From positions 125,178,001-125,242,000 of the forward strand of contig OX597817.1 of NCBI GenBank assembly GCA_951406725.2: a stretch of DNA of 64,000 nucleotides, read 5' to 3'. Every line of letters starts with the position of its first letter. The stretch's first letter is position 1. A model generated the notes under the pieces. It worked only from the letters and a program-made list of their open reading frames with translations, did not search any database and was not told the DNA's origin. The translations under genes were made by a program, and so were the position numbers. This document shows, piece by piece, positions 26,475 through 39,990 of this stretch. This stretch comes from Octopus vulgaris (Eukaryota).

Positions 26475-29400
26475 GTAAATAATAATAATAGTATTTTATA
26501 AGCTTAAAGCTTATCACACAATGACTGATCACCACACAATGACTAAAGAAAATAATCTAATAATGGGGCATATAAGCCCTCGACAGAAAAAAAGTACGTT
26601 TTTCTGTATACGTGCGACATGAACCCACACCACTACCATTACACCAACGCACCAACCTACCTCTTTCTGTCAGATTTAAGAACTATAATTGGTTCTTATT
26701 TGCTTTTGTAAACAAACTTTCATGTGCTTTCACTGCGATGGTTTTATTAAGCAGCATCGATTTTTACAATTCTGTAAATAGTAATAATAGTCTTTTACTA
26801 GTAGTAAAACCCATCGTTGATCAGGTAGTTACTTTTACAGTTTATCTGGAGTCACATTGAATGTATTATTATATGTATAATATGCTCCTCCTGTACGTGT
26901 GCATTTTTCGAAGAGAAAATTATGTAATAATTGAAGTAGACGAAAAATCATTATCATTCTTTGTTGGCTATCTGCAAGTCTGTTTGCAGTTTCTTGTCTT
27001 GTTTCTTGCAAATGATGTGATGCTTTTCGAAGACAATCAGCTGCAAGTCATGCATGTCTTTCGTCTTCGTTTTCTGCTGCATATCGAGCTACCGTTCTTT
27101 ATTTACTATCTGCAAGTCATACATTTCATTGATGTTTGATTTCAGATACACGTTGAACTTTGTTGCTGATCTGCATTTGTTTAGTGTTTGTTTTGTAATG
27201 GTAATTTTTTATGAAACATTTTTTAATAATAATTATCAGTAAGTAATGAAATTCAGACGCTATGTTACAGTAATGCAAGGAAAATAGGTATATCATATAG
27301 AAGAATAGCTCAAAGGAATGAGAAATGTTTTTGTTAAGGAATATCAGTAAGCTGTAGTGAAATGAAAGTACAGATGATGTGTGAATAAAGAAATTTTACT
27401 TGGACGTATTGACCTTAGAGTGTTTTTTATTTTTCCTTGCAGCTGTCATTAGAGAGAGAAATATATATATATAGAGAGAAAGAGAGTGTGTGAGAGAGAG
27501 TAAGACAGAGAGAGAGTGAGAGAGATTGACTGTGTTTTATTGTGAAGAACAGACCATCTTTGAATAAATGTATAAATAAATATAAATGGTGTGGTGGTTG
27601 TCATTGTCTTGAACGCTGACCATTCTCACCACAGGACAATTTCCGGCCAAATATAAAGATAGAAAGATAAATAGAGAGAAAGTAAGTGCGAGAGAGAAAG
27701 GGATTGAAAGGTGTTGGTTCTCTGAAAATTTTGGCACTTTAGCTTCTGGTCATACCATCATTATCATTATCATCACCATAGTTAAAGTGTGAAAGTGAAC
27801 AAAACACCAATGCTTATAAATGAGATGGTGTCTCAATTATGTTTTATGGGACAAACAGACTAAATCTCTTGTTTATATATACTAGCAAGCCTAGGGCTGT
27901 TTGTTAAGTATGCATGGTCAGCGTAGTCACCCACGAAGTAGAGCTGACGAAACTGAGGCAAGGCAGCGTCATGCAGCTGCAAGGAAGCAATTCTATGGTA
28001 AATCTGCCCCTGCACTTTAAAGATGGCATGAAATGCCCATCTCATATTGTGTTGGCACCGAAGGAAGTCATTTGGAATGTGCAGTTGTAGTCACGTTTCC
28101 ACTTGAGAAAGTTATGAGAATAAGGAGACACCCCTGTCAAAAGATCAGTCAAAAGGGGTGGAGGATCTTGTAGAAGAGCTACTATAATCTTACCGTTGGA
28201 GCAGCACATGCTGAAAGTTTCTCCAGACCACATTTTAGCTCTGCAAAATTGGCAGATTGTGGACATGCAGCCCATTTGAAGGTCAGAGTGATTACTGAAA
28301 TCAATTGTAGGATCGTAGTTGAATGCTGTCATTGACCAACGCGAGGAGCATGGCCTTGAGTAGGAATGTAGTGCAGCCCTTCACTGAGTTGTAGCCTCCA
28401 GTTGTTGTTGTCTTTCCCCTGTAGTCTCTGTAGCGCGCAGACCTCCCCACCCCCATGAAAATTCATAAATTTCCGATGTTGATGAAATTTCAACCATAGG
28501 TAATTGACACACATCAAGAAGTGTTCCCAAAGTTTCCGCTTCTCATGAGGATTCTAAGACCCCCTAATGAGGGCCTTAACTCCTACATTTTAGTCATTTT
28601 TCATGATCCCAAACTAGGTCAAAATGGATGTTTATGAAATTTGGAAATTATATTCTATGCATAAGAACAGATGTAATGCAGTATATGTTTGAAATTGAGG
28701 GGGCGTAACCCCCATGAAAATTCATATATTTTTGCTGTTGATGAAACTTTAACCATAGATATTAAACACAAATGAAGTAATATTCCTAAAATTTTAGCTT
28801 CTTAGAAGTCAGTAACCCCAACAATTTAGTATTTTTCCTAAGACAAGACGAATACAATTGTAGTCTTGGAAGCTGTAGAGCCACCTGAGCATACAAGATT
28901 AGCGTTATTTGTAATTCAATGGTACAACAGTATAAGAGTTTGCTTTGAGATATACTTAGATTCTGATTTCTGCAATGTGGTCCATAAATTGTAAAGTAAA
29001 GGAGAGGCATCGTTGCCTCAACTGATTCAGTTGCAAAGTGTTATTCTGAGTAAAGTTATTTCGTTGCAGACCTCCTTTGAGTTTTTTTTATTATCACTGG
29101 GTCACACATAGTCCCCAGAGGGTAACATTGATTTCAAGGCCTTTTCAGATAAGTGATTGGTCATTCAAAGAGATTTATAGATTGCAAATTTATTCTGTTC
29201 AGTTACCTATTAGCATAGTGATCATTGGCGAACTCCAGAGTTGACACCTTCATTTCCCCTTAGCCCTCATGTCACACAGTTTTTAATGTTTATTTGAGTT
29301 AGATCATACCCTTCCAGTTGCTATAGATCCATAATGCATCTTACTGCTGTGCCAGTCACCTGTATGGTGAGGAATCCTATATTGAGGTGTGGTAACAACT

Positions 29401-29899
29401 AGTGTAGGGTAGCTGGCTGCTTATTGTGATCATTCATCTTTTGGATTCCTGTAGCTTTGCTCTCTTTCACAAATCCAGTGAACATTCATATATTTCCAAT
29501 TTCAAAGAAATTTGAGCAATAGATTTAAGACACAAGTTAAAAAAGATTCCAAACAATCCAACTTCTCTGGTTGACTTTAAGACCACTCCATCTAATAGGG
29601 GCCTTGACTCCCACATTTTAGAGCTCCATGTGCTTCATTTTTCAGGAGGGAAAACTTTTGAATAGGTTTTATAAGATTTAGATTTTGGTATCTGGGCATG
29701 AAGATGAATAGTATGGGATAAATATGTCATGATTAGAATTTTTGTTCGGGTGTGTAAAGAGGGAAAAAACCCCAAATAAAATTCTTAATTTCCAATTTTG
29801 ATGAAATTTGAATCATAGGTAATCCAGTTCATTAGAGAAAATATAAAAGAAAGTCTAATTCTTTTATGTGACACGGGCAATGCCAGGTATCTCTGCTTG
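26472..29899 (+). mobile_element. Degraded Helitron-type element (boundaries inferred)
   Basis: A|TC start out of a (TA)n tract; 3' end cacgggcaatgccaggtatctctgCTTG|T resembles the hairpin+CTAG|T end at 43568-43596; an internal subrepeat (aaaattcat..ttgatgaaattt..atag) recurs at ~28455, 28712, 29482, 29778. Confidence 0.5.
27860..28440 (-). pseudogene. Helitron RepHel N-terminal fragment
   Basis: AFNYDPTIDF..MGCMSTICQFCRAKMWSGETFSMCCSNGKI..RDYNCTFQMTSFGA and FKVQGQIYHRIASL..PQFRQLYF are characteristic RepHel N-terminal zinc-binding region motifs; frameshifted. Confidence 0.9.
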
Positions 29900-30451
29900 T
29901 ATATATGTATACACACACATATATGTGCATTTATACAAATTTAGATATTCATACATACAAATATATATGTTTATGTGTGTGTGTGTGTATCAAAAAAAAA
30001 AAAGGATCAATGACCTTCCTGAGCCATAGATTCCTATGGCCAGTTACTGGGATTTTGTGATGTATATATTCCCTCCACCATTGGGCTGGAGGACAGACCA
30101 TTGTAGGATTACTGACTTTGCTAGCTGAGTGGACTGGAGCTACATGAAATGAAGTGCTTTGCACAAGAACACAGTACATCGTCCATCATCATCTCCAGGA
30201 ATCAAAACCTGAGCAACTAAGCCACATATGCTCACTATATATATTTATATGAAAGAGGCTAAATCAGCTTAGCAAGAAATCATCATCATCATCATCATCA
30301 TTTAACGTCCGCTTTCCATGCTGGCATGGGTTGGATGGTTCAACTGGGGTCTGGGAAGCCAGAAGGCTACACCAGGCCCAGTCTGATCTGGCAGTGTTTC
30401 TACAGCTGGATGCCCTTCCTAACGCCAAAGCCCAAATATATATACATATAT

Positions 30452-30487
<36 letters not shown>

Positions 30488-30716
30488 GAGGGAGAGAGAG
30501 TGAGACAGACAGACAGATAGATAGATATTGGTAGCTGTTTGGTAAAATTGGTAGTGTATTGGACTTTGCATTATTTGATTACAACTCTCTACCTTCTGGT
30601 TATATCTCTATACGGACACGGACACACACACACACATCCGAATTGACTTTACGATTCCTATTTCTATCATCAAAAAATAAACCACTTTACCGATTAAGGG
30701 CTCAGGGAAATCAACT

Positions 30717-31065
30717 CATCATCATCATCATCATCATTGTTTAACGTCCATTTTCCATGCTAGCATGGGTTGGACTTTTCGACCGGGATCTGGGAAACCA
30801 GGAGGCTGCATCAGGCTCCAGTCTGATCTTGCAGTGTTTCTACAGCTGGATGCCCTTCCTAATGCCAACCACTCTGTGAGTGTAGTGGGTGCTTTTTACG
30901 TGCCACCAGCACAGAAGCGAGTCAAGGTGGAGCTGGCATCGGCCACATTCGGATGGTGCTTTGTACGTGCCACCAGCAGAGGGTATCACAGCTACAATTT
31001 CCATTTGATTTTTAATTTTGATGCTGATGTAATTGACTCAACAGGTCTCCTCAAGCACAGCAGGC
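30717..31065 (-). mobile_element. SINE-like family 'B' copy (another at 30280-30428)
   Basis: (CAT)n then gtttaacgtccattttccatgctagcatggg; reverse complement of 11060-11506. Confidence 0.85.
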
Positions 31066-31623
31066 CGCCCAAGAAATATAAATGAAAAATTGATGTTGGT
31101 GTCCAAGTAAAGCTGTACTACAATGATGTAAACTGAGAAAAGTATATTAGAAAGAGAGAAAACATATAAAAACTTTTATCAATATTTATCTCTACATGGA
31201 CTTGAAGAAGATAAAGTATAAGTAATTCTATACGAGAAGTGATCTGTATGTGTTGTAAAATGGGCAAGTATAATGTCATGAAATATAGTCGTTGGTGACA
31301 TTGAATGGATATATATATATATCATTGTAACAGTGAACCTAGAGCAGACAATCTATGAGTCAGAAGTTTTAATCTTAATATCATCAAAGTACCTGAGGAA
31401 ATATCAGGTTGAAAATATATTTATTACAACATAAAACTAAATTGAAAATAAACAGAATTGGTGACTATTACACAAAGGAATATGGTAATCAGACTAATAC
31501 ATCTAACAAACTCAGAACTATTATAATTGGTTGATATCAAAAATCCACATTAAATAGACATTTAAAAAAAAAAAAGGAAATTCTAGTTCATGAAAGGACA
31601 ATGACTCAATGATATTAAGAATC

Positions 31624-31665
<42 letters not shown>

Positions 31666-31746
31666 TATTACATCTGAATTAGGTACTAGATCAGAAATAT
31701 TGAGGACAGGAACAGTGAATTATTTTCACCAGCAATGCAACTGTTG

Positions 31747-31748
31747 CC

Positions 31749-31829
<81 letters not shown>

Positions 31830-31849
31830 ACTACTACTGCTACTACTAC

Positions 31850-31881
<32 letters not shown>

Positions 31882-31978
31882 TTACTACTACTACTACTAC
31901 TCCTACTACTATTATTAATACTACTGCTACTACTATTAATACTACTACTACTACTAATACTACTGCTACTACTATTAA

Positions 31979-32010
<32 letters not shown>

Positions 32011-32040
32011 ATAATAATAATAATAATAATAATACTAATA
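31747..32040. repeat. (CAC)/(TAC)/(TGC)/(TAA) compound trinucleotide repeat
   Basis: Direct reading. Confidence 0.95.
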
Positions 32041-32044
32041 TTCT

Positions 32045-32505
32045 ATAGGATTTCATGATTCAGTGCAACCATTACATAGAGAATAGGAAACCGGACATCA
32101 AGTTAATTTAGAAAGAAAGCAAATGATGCTGGATCATAGATATAACATGTCCAGCTGACAACAATGTATGTGATAAGGAAGAAAGAAAAGTCGATAGATA
32201 TAACAGGTTAGCTTGGGAAGTTAAGCAGTTGTGGTCACTGAAAAAGGTGGTAGTAGTACCACTAATTGTCAGAGCCCTGAGAACAGTGAGTAAATATCTT
32301 GAGAAGTACATGGAACAAATAGGGGCTGCAATAAAGGTGGAGAACTTGCAGAAAACAGCACTGCTTGGAACTGCTTGAATACTCCGGATGGTGCTCAAAA
32401 AATAAGAGGCATCACCTTAGTCCACTGTTAGTGAACAGCTGGTACCGTAGTACATCTCCAGCGTTAGAAACTGTGCAAAGATAATAGAATAATAATAACA
32501 ATAAT
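32045..32505 (+). pseudogene. 5'-truncated Dong/R4-type LINE 3' end (restriction-like endonuclease)
   Basis: RKPDI..CWIIDITCPADNNVCDKEERKVDRYNRLAWEVKQLW..VPLIV..LQKTALLGTA; preceded and followed by (TAA)n. Confidence 0.85.
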
Positions 32506-32717
32506 ACTTTCTATTATAGGAACAAGGCCTGAAATTAAGAGGAGTGGGGTTAAGTTGATTACATCAACCCCAGTACTCATCTGGTACTTAATTTATTGGC
32601 TCCAAACAGATGAACGCAAAATTGACCTCAGCAGAATTTGAACTCAGAACATAAAGACGGACAAAATGTCACTAAGTATTTTGCCTGGCAGGGTAATAAT
32701 TCTGCCAGCTTGCTGCC

Positions 32718-32718
<1 letters not shown>
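32505..32718 (-). mobile_element. SINE family 'C'
   Basis: Reverse complement starts ggcagcaagctggcagaa with B box gagttcaaattc; sits in (TAA)/(TTA) repeats. Confidence 0.8.
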
Positions 32719-32784
<66 letters not shown>

Positions 32785-32844
32785 CATTATTAATAATAAT
32801 AATAATAATAATAATAATTTGTTTACTAATTAATTAATTAATTG

Positions 32845-33305
32845 GCATGAGTATTCTTTGCAATCACAATATAGCAGCAAAAGAATTTTTAAAGATCAGT
32901 AAATGTAAAGACTTGCTAATGGAGATTGAAAAAACATGCCATCTCAAGGTGACTACACTACCAGTGATTGTAGGATCTCTAGGAATGATAAAAAAGGTAT
33001 TGAAACCTATTTGAAAATGATACCAAGCTTACTATCTCTACAGGAAGTGCAAGAAATCGTGTTAACTGGAATGATTCATGTACTGAGAAGAGCATTATCA
33101 CTGTGAAAACAACATCCATTCATGAATTTATTTATTTATTTATTAATTTTTTAAATACATATTTTACCTGTGAATTTGTGTGTGTAATCTGGGAATGCAT
33201 ACAATGAGCTTCTCTGTCCTAGGTGTACGGAAAACACTCAGCAAAGAATGGAAGAAAATTTGAAGAAAGAAGGAAAAAAGAAAATAATAATAATAATAAT
33301 AATAA
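32845..33305 (+). pseudogene. Second Dong/R4-type 3' end with (TAA)n tail
   Basis: KISKCKDLLMEIEKTCHLKVTTLPVIVGSLGMI..EVQEIVLTGMIHVLRRALSL*, then 3' UTR and (TAA)n. Confidence 0.8.
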
Positions 33306-33429
33306 GGGTTTAACTAAAATGGATTTGAGAGTGCTCATGAATTCCAATCAAGAACATCCAATGAGAAAGCAGTAACTCTACTCTGTATCCAATTACATGG
33401 TCAGTTCCACTGTGAAACCTACAAAGTAA

Positions 33430-34210
33430 AGGACCAGGAAGCATCATGGAGATGGCTCAACAAAGGTGATCTAAAAAAGAAAACTGAAAACCTAATCATC
33501 ACTGCTTGGACCATGCATTGAATACCAACTCAATGACAGAATATATACCACACAAGTGCAACAGACCTCTGTAGAATGTGTGGGAAGAGGGTTGAAAGCA
33601 TGATTCACATTGTTAATGGTTGTGAAAGTCTTGCACAGAAAGAGTAGAAGCGTAGACATCACAAGGTAGCCCCAAACCTCCATTGGCTACTATGCTGTAA
33701 GTATGGATATGAGGTTTACAGGTGCTTGGTACCACCATATACTGGAATAGGTTATGGATGAAAAGAAGAAGGCAAAAAACCTCTGAGATTTCGACTTCCA
33801 GACAGACAAGATGTTAGAGCACTGAAGGCCTGATATAGTAACCTTTAGGAGGGTCAAACAAGAGTGCCTAATAATCGATGTGGCAGTGCCAAGAGATCAA
33901 CATTTCATCATGAAAGAAAGAAAGAAAAAAAGGTTGATGAATATGGTGACCTGAGAATTAAAATCACTAAGATGTGGCAGTTACAAGAGTCAAACATAAA
34001 GGTTATCCCTACTGTCAGCAGAATCCGAAAAACATCTGAAAACCTACAATATAGGTGTATTGCAAAAGTCGGTATTACTTGGAACTGCACACATATTGCA
34101 TAAAGTACTATCTGTTTGTTGTGACTTAACAAACAGTACAAACCCCCGGTAGACACAATATTTTCAATCAACAACCTCACGACATTGTATACTGTGCGAC
34201 GTCTATGATA
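33430..34210 (+). pseudogene. Third Dong/R4-type fragment (CCHC knuckle + endonuclease)
   Basis: SWRWLNKGDLKKKTE..CRMCGKRVESMIHIVNGC..RPDIV..CLIIDVAVP. Confidence 0.85.
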
Positions 34211-34259
34211 ACATTGTTATATCCAAGGATGTCTTGAAAGGTAAACTGGAATCAAATGT

Positions 34260-35740
34260 TCAACTTGTTAACTGTTTACAACTTACATGAAGGCTTATGG
34301 CCAGTGTCTTGGCAGCGAAGTTAAATAATCACCTGGAGAGTAGCGATTTCCTTCCACTACAAGAGAGAGGCTAGAGAAAGAAAAGTAGCGCAACTAAAGA
34401 CCAGTTATTAGTTGATAAAATTATCATTAGAAATTGTAGATGCAGATTGACAGGATTGAATGTAACATGGCAGGATTAAAAAAAGAAATCATATGACACG
34501 GTACCACACATTTGGATAAGTAAAACAATGAGCATGTTTGGGGTGGCAGAAAATGTGGAGAAAATGGTTAATAAAAGTATGAAACACTGGAATTCTGAAT
34601 TGACAGGAATAAGACAAAGACTTCGGAAAGGGAACATCAGACATTGTACATTTGAAAGTGATGGCTTATCTCCAGTTGTATTTGTACAGGCCATGATACC
34701 ACTCAGTTTAATATTATGAGAAGTCAACATAGCTTATGATTTGAGAAAAGGATATAGTCAAATAGATCATCTCCTTTTTACGGATGATATAAAGCTTTAT
34801 ATAAAAACTGAGAAGTAGCTTGAACGTCTTGTACATATTGTTCAAATTTTCTCAAATGATGTTGGTATGGAATATTCGATAGAAAAGTGTGCTCTATTGA
34901 TAATGAAATGAGGAAGATTTGAAGGAAAGTAAGGAATTGAAGTGCCAAATGGACAAACAATAAAAGCAGTTAGGAAAATAACAGTGGTATAAGTATTTTG
35001 GAATACTGGAGGAAATAAAACATGATGGGCTGATGCAAATTACAAGTAGGAAGTATACAGTAAATGAGAAAAATTTTACAGTCTAAGTTGTATTAAAAAT
35101 GCTATTGAAACAATAAATACAAGAGCAGTACCAGTAATTAGATATAAAGTTGGACTTGTAGACTGGACCTCAAATGACATACAGAAACTTGACAGAAAAA
35201 CTAGAGAGCTGTTGGCAATGTATGGAGCCCACCATCTGAAAGCTGATATCAACTGGCTGTACCTGAAGAGAGACCAAGGTGGAAGAGACTCAATTGCTGT
35301 GGAACAGTGTGTACAAATGGAAAGAAAATGTCTACTAGAATATTTACTGAACAATATGGAGAAAGTACTAAAGGCAGTGAACAAAGAACAGGTGATCAGG
35401 TGTGAAATAGGAGTAAAAGACAAGAATGAAATTCAAAGAGATTACGTTAAACAGATTGAAGAGAAACCTTTGCATGGTCAGTTTTGGAAAGCCACTCAGG
35501 ATGTATGTGGGCCTAGATGAAAGAAAGGGCAACTGAGAAAAGAAACAGAGATCTTTATTATAGTAGCTCAATGGAGGCATGACCAAGTCTTGAAAGGTTT
35601 GCACTGGAGGCTTTGTCAGAAATAGAAGTTTGAAGCTGGTATAATCATTAGGTTGAAAGAGAGCTTGATCTGGAGATGTGCAAAATATTATGAGATTCTC
35701 CAATTTAAATGGACAAGAAGACAGAAAATAATCAACCTGC
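34260..35740 (+). pseudogene. Fourth Dong/R4-type fragment (RT and downstream region)
   Basis: TKDQLLVDK..KSYDTVPHIWI..HLLFTDDIKL..MYGAHHLKADINWLYLKRDQGGR..EEKPLHGQF; many stops and frameshifts. Confidence 0.85.
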
Positions 35741-35922
35741 TAACTAAATTAGCATACACTAACGTAATAACAATAACCATAATAATTTTGAATATATTTT
35801 TCCTCTAGAGAACATTCCTTTCTTTGTAGTTTGATCGTAAGTGATCTACTTCTAGCATACGGCCGACCACCTAGTGGTCATGCTCTTCAAATATACACAC
35901 ACACACATATATATATATATAT

Positions 35923-36112
35923 GCCGGTGGCACGTAAAAAGCACCTACTACACTCATGGAGTGGTTGGCGTTAGGAAGGGCATCCAGCCGTAGAAACATT
36001 GCCAGATCAGACTGGGCCTGGTGCAGCTTTCTGGCTTCCCAGACCCCAGTTGAACCGTCCAACCCATGCTAGCATGGAAAGCGGACGCTAAACGATGATG
36101 ATGATGATGATG
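35923..36112 (+). mobile_element. SINE-like family 'B' 3' part with (GAT)n tail
   Basis: High similarity to 11305-11506. Confidence 0.85.
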
Positions 36113-37126
36113 GATTTGTATTTTGTACTTTTTTCTTTATCTAAAAATGCTTATGGTGTAATCCTCTAAGAAAGATGTGATATTCTCTATTCTTGACAAT
36201 GTTGTTATAATATACTCTGAATTTCTTGAAATTCTACCGACCCATCTTTGGATCAACTTATCACATCAGAGGAATTAACCTGAATATTAATTCTATTTGA
36301 ATATATTTAATTGAACTATAATTCTTTTTTTATCAAAAAATATCAAAATATAGTGTGTGATTTAAGTATATACTCTTTTAGGTTGTTTCTGGATTTTATG
36401 ACATTGCCTACCCCTGTTAAGATAAGGTTGAATTCATTTTATGTTAGCCTTGTGTGCTATGTATTTTAGATGCATCTGTAACCATTTTGTTGAATGTATG
36501 TACAATGATGTCTTTATTGGTGGATGCATGCTGCTGAGGAGAAAAAGTTTTGATTCTGTTACTTGATGAAATACATTCAGCTGTGCTTTTTTTTGAAATT
36601 TGTAAATGTATTTTTACTATTCCCTGTTCCTGTGCAAGTATATAGTGATGATTCTGGCTAAGCTGTCACTGAAAATTGGGGAATTGTTTGCCAAGTAGTT
36701 TAGTTAGGTGTATGGAGCAGAAGGTTTATGACCAAGTGAAAATTGTTGTGTTGTTTGGTGAGATGTGTGTTTGTGTTTGTGTGCAGATATAGATTGTTTA
36801 GCATGTAAAAGGATTTTATTGGTAACAATATTATATTATGTCTTTTGTTGACTGCACTATTTGAAAATCCAGAGTTGTAGTGTGCACAGACACTTCCTCT
36901 AATGATGGTGTTTGTGAGAGGGCTGCAGTTTGTAGTCGTGATATACAACCTAATGGAATGGTTCGTAAGATTGGTGGGGTTATATTTTCATTATATTAAT
37001 GTGGTATATGTTACTAATATATATTATGAAATCCTGCATTTCTGTAGTAGTTTCATGTGAGATAATAAATGTCATGTGTTTTTGTGCGTCTATCTATCTA
37101 TCTATTTATCTATCTATTTATCTATC

Positions 37127-37162
<36 letters not shown>

Positions 37163-39693
37163 TATATGTATATATTTATACCGAATGCACATTTTTTATC
37201 TGTGACATGAGACATACCCACATCATTGTGAAAGAGTCTCTATAATCAGATTTTGAGTATAGTTTGCAATGGTTGATGGTTATGTGTTTTGACAGTAAAA
37301 GTTTTCCTGAATATATGTTGCATGTATGTTTTGAGTGATGATAAAATCTTTTAGCTCCATAAACGTGCTTTTAATGTGGTTACTGTTGTATTGCAATTTT
37401 TGTTTTTTTCATTTTTGGTATCATGTTTAAAAAGGATTATTTATTTGTATGAAACATTTGTTTTGTAAATGTATTTTGTGCGAAGCTGTGACATTTGGAA
37501 GGGACATAGTAATGGTATTGTCTGTTTTTATCGTTGTTCTTGCTCTGGTGGTATTTATTCAGTAGAGTCGCAAATTTTTCTGAATTGTTTGCAAACATTG
37601 TTGTTTGAGGGTATACAAACAAACACACACACACAAACACGCGTGCATGAAAATTCTGAAGATTTTTGCATGTTACCTATAAAAGGTTTCAAGTTTGTGC
37701 AGATACATGGTCAAAGATGGCAAACCACAAAGAAGCTTCCCTAATAACTCCAGGAAAGAAATGCCTGTTTGTTTGGTGTGTGTGTAGGTGTGTGTATGCA
37801 TCTTTGTGTTATGTATGTATGAATATTTATTGTTGCAAGTTTGGAGTATGTGTGCATATATATATGTGTACAAGTAAATGATTACACACACACACACGTT
37901 TTCTTAGCTGGATCTTTTTGTGGAAAGAATGGCTGTTGCATACATAGATACATGAACTTTATATTGACACATGAATGCTATTTAGCACCTACACAATTAC
38001 AACATTGCACATTTAACCATGATTCTATACTTAGGTGCCAATAGTTTAGCAACTCCATGTCCCCTCTGACTTTATCTCTCATTTTTATTCTCTCTCTCTT
38101 TTCCTTCTCTTCTAACTTTCTTTCTTTGTGACTGTCTGTCTCTGTTTCTCTCTCTTGCTCTTTCTTTCTCTTCCCATGTAATCTTCCTATGAACCCAAGT
38201 GTGTCTTCTCTTCCAGTTCTTTTATCTCATTCTCCAACTGCCTTTATATACCCAGCCTGCAATGTAAACTACCATTACAAAATTAGTTTTGTTTCTATTT
38301 CCTTTTCATTTTCACTTCCTTTTGTTAAAAGTCTTCACACGCAATTAAGAGCCTTTTTTATTTCCTTTATTTGGCCTATTTATCTTCCTTATACACACCT
38401 TTTTCTAATTGTTTCATCTTGTTTTCTATGTTACCTTTTTTGTACTGCATTTTTTGTCTTTGATATATTGTTTAATTTCTAACTTCCCTTTACTTTATAA
38501 TGTTCTTCATTTTACTTCAGGGTCTGACTATTTATTTCTCTCTCTCTCCTCTGCAGGTATGTTTGCATGAGAGTGCATCATTGACTGTATCATTAAGACG
38601 TTTACTTCATAGTCTTGTTGTTTTAAGTTCAGTTTCACTGTGTGAGACTTTGGGCAAATGTCTTTTACCACAAACCCAGGCTGACTGATGTCCTCAGTGG
38701 AACAGTTGTCTGTATGTGTGTGAATAGTGACTTTTTAAAATTTTTCATGTAACCACTAGAAGAAAACAGTGATATGTTGTTTACAGTATTTGACAACCAC
38801 ATTAATGTTGAAGGCACAGAAAAGGCACCCAATACATACAGTAAGGTGGTTAGCATTATGAAATGCATTCAACCACAGAAATCATGTCAGTGCTGGAATG
38901 GAGCATGTTACAAACCTGTAGCTCACCAGATCCAATTATATTGTCTGCCCCTTACTAACATGAAGAAATAGATATTAAATGATGATGATACTGATGATGA
39001 TGATGATAATGATGATGACAATGAGGATGATGATGCTTGGGTGCTACCATTCTATGCATTTAAAGAGCAGTAGAATAAGGATTTCCTTTCTTGGAAAGTA
39101 GGCAAGTGTTAGAATAAACAGTGGCATGTGGCTGCACAATGATGTCTGTCCCATATTACATCCAACTCACGATAGAATGTTATAATGGACTAAGATAGTT
39201 AAGTCCTTTTTAATTCACTATTACCAAGTTAGATGCTGTAATATCAATGTGATATATTTTGCAAGGCATTTATTCGTAAGAGGAGAAATAGCTGTGAAGT
39301 TTTGCTTTACCATTCTCCTCTCATGAATAATATTTTTAGAAAAAGTTAATGAAATCATCATATCAGTATATCAGCTATTTTTAGATTAAAATTTAAGTTA
39401 TAAAATTATCTATATGAGCAAAATGTTCTTGCAACATCTACAGACCAGTGTAGAATCAGAAAGATCACTTTTAGCTGTCGGGCTGTTTTTCAGGGAAAAT
39501 GAAACAGAAAACTGGAAACAAATTTATTAGAAAATTCATTTAAAAGTCCTCCTTTCTTTCTCTCAATTTCTCAAACCGAAAATAATTCTCAATAGTTTTG
39601 ATTTCCTTTTAAGAATTTTGTCCTTACTTTCCATGAGCTTGTTTGTACTGTTTTATTCATTTCTTTTTTTTTCATTTCATTTTAGTTTAAATA

Positions 39694-39990
39694 GTGAAGG
39701 CATGTGACTTAATAGTTAGGGTAATCCGTTCATGATCATAAGGTCATGAGTTCAATTCCTAGCAGCATGTTACATCCTTGAGCAAGACACTTTATTTCAT
39801 GTTGCTCCACTCCACTCAGCTGATAAAAATGAGTAGGCTGGCCTTGCCACATTCTGTGCTGTGCTGAATCTCACAGAGATGTATGTTGAGCGTACACATG
39901 TCTCTGGAATGCTCAGCCACTTACATGAATAGACTACACTGCTGATTGGATAAACTGGAACACGCATCATCAAAACCAATGGAGTGTCAG
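39694..39990 (+). mobile_element. tRNA-derived SINE (further family; related minus-strand copies ~30050-30230 and 62455-62778)
   Basis: Degenerate A box, B box gagttcaattcc, central ccttgagcaagacactttatttca. Confidence 0.65.

Noticed and set aside
31691-32058. Poly-Leu/Ala/Cys/Tyr ORFs
   Set aside because: Compound microsatellite
32719-32818. (TTA)n/(TAA)n palindrome as a structured element
   Set aside because: Explained by adjacent opposite-strand microsatellites between TE insertions
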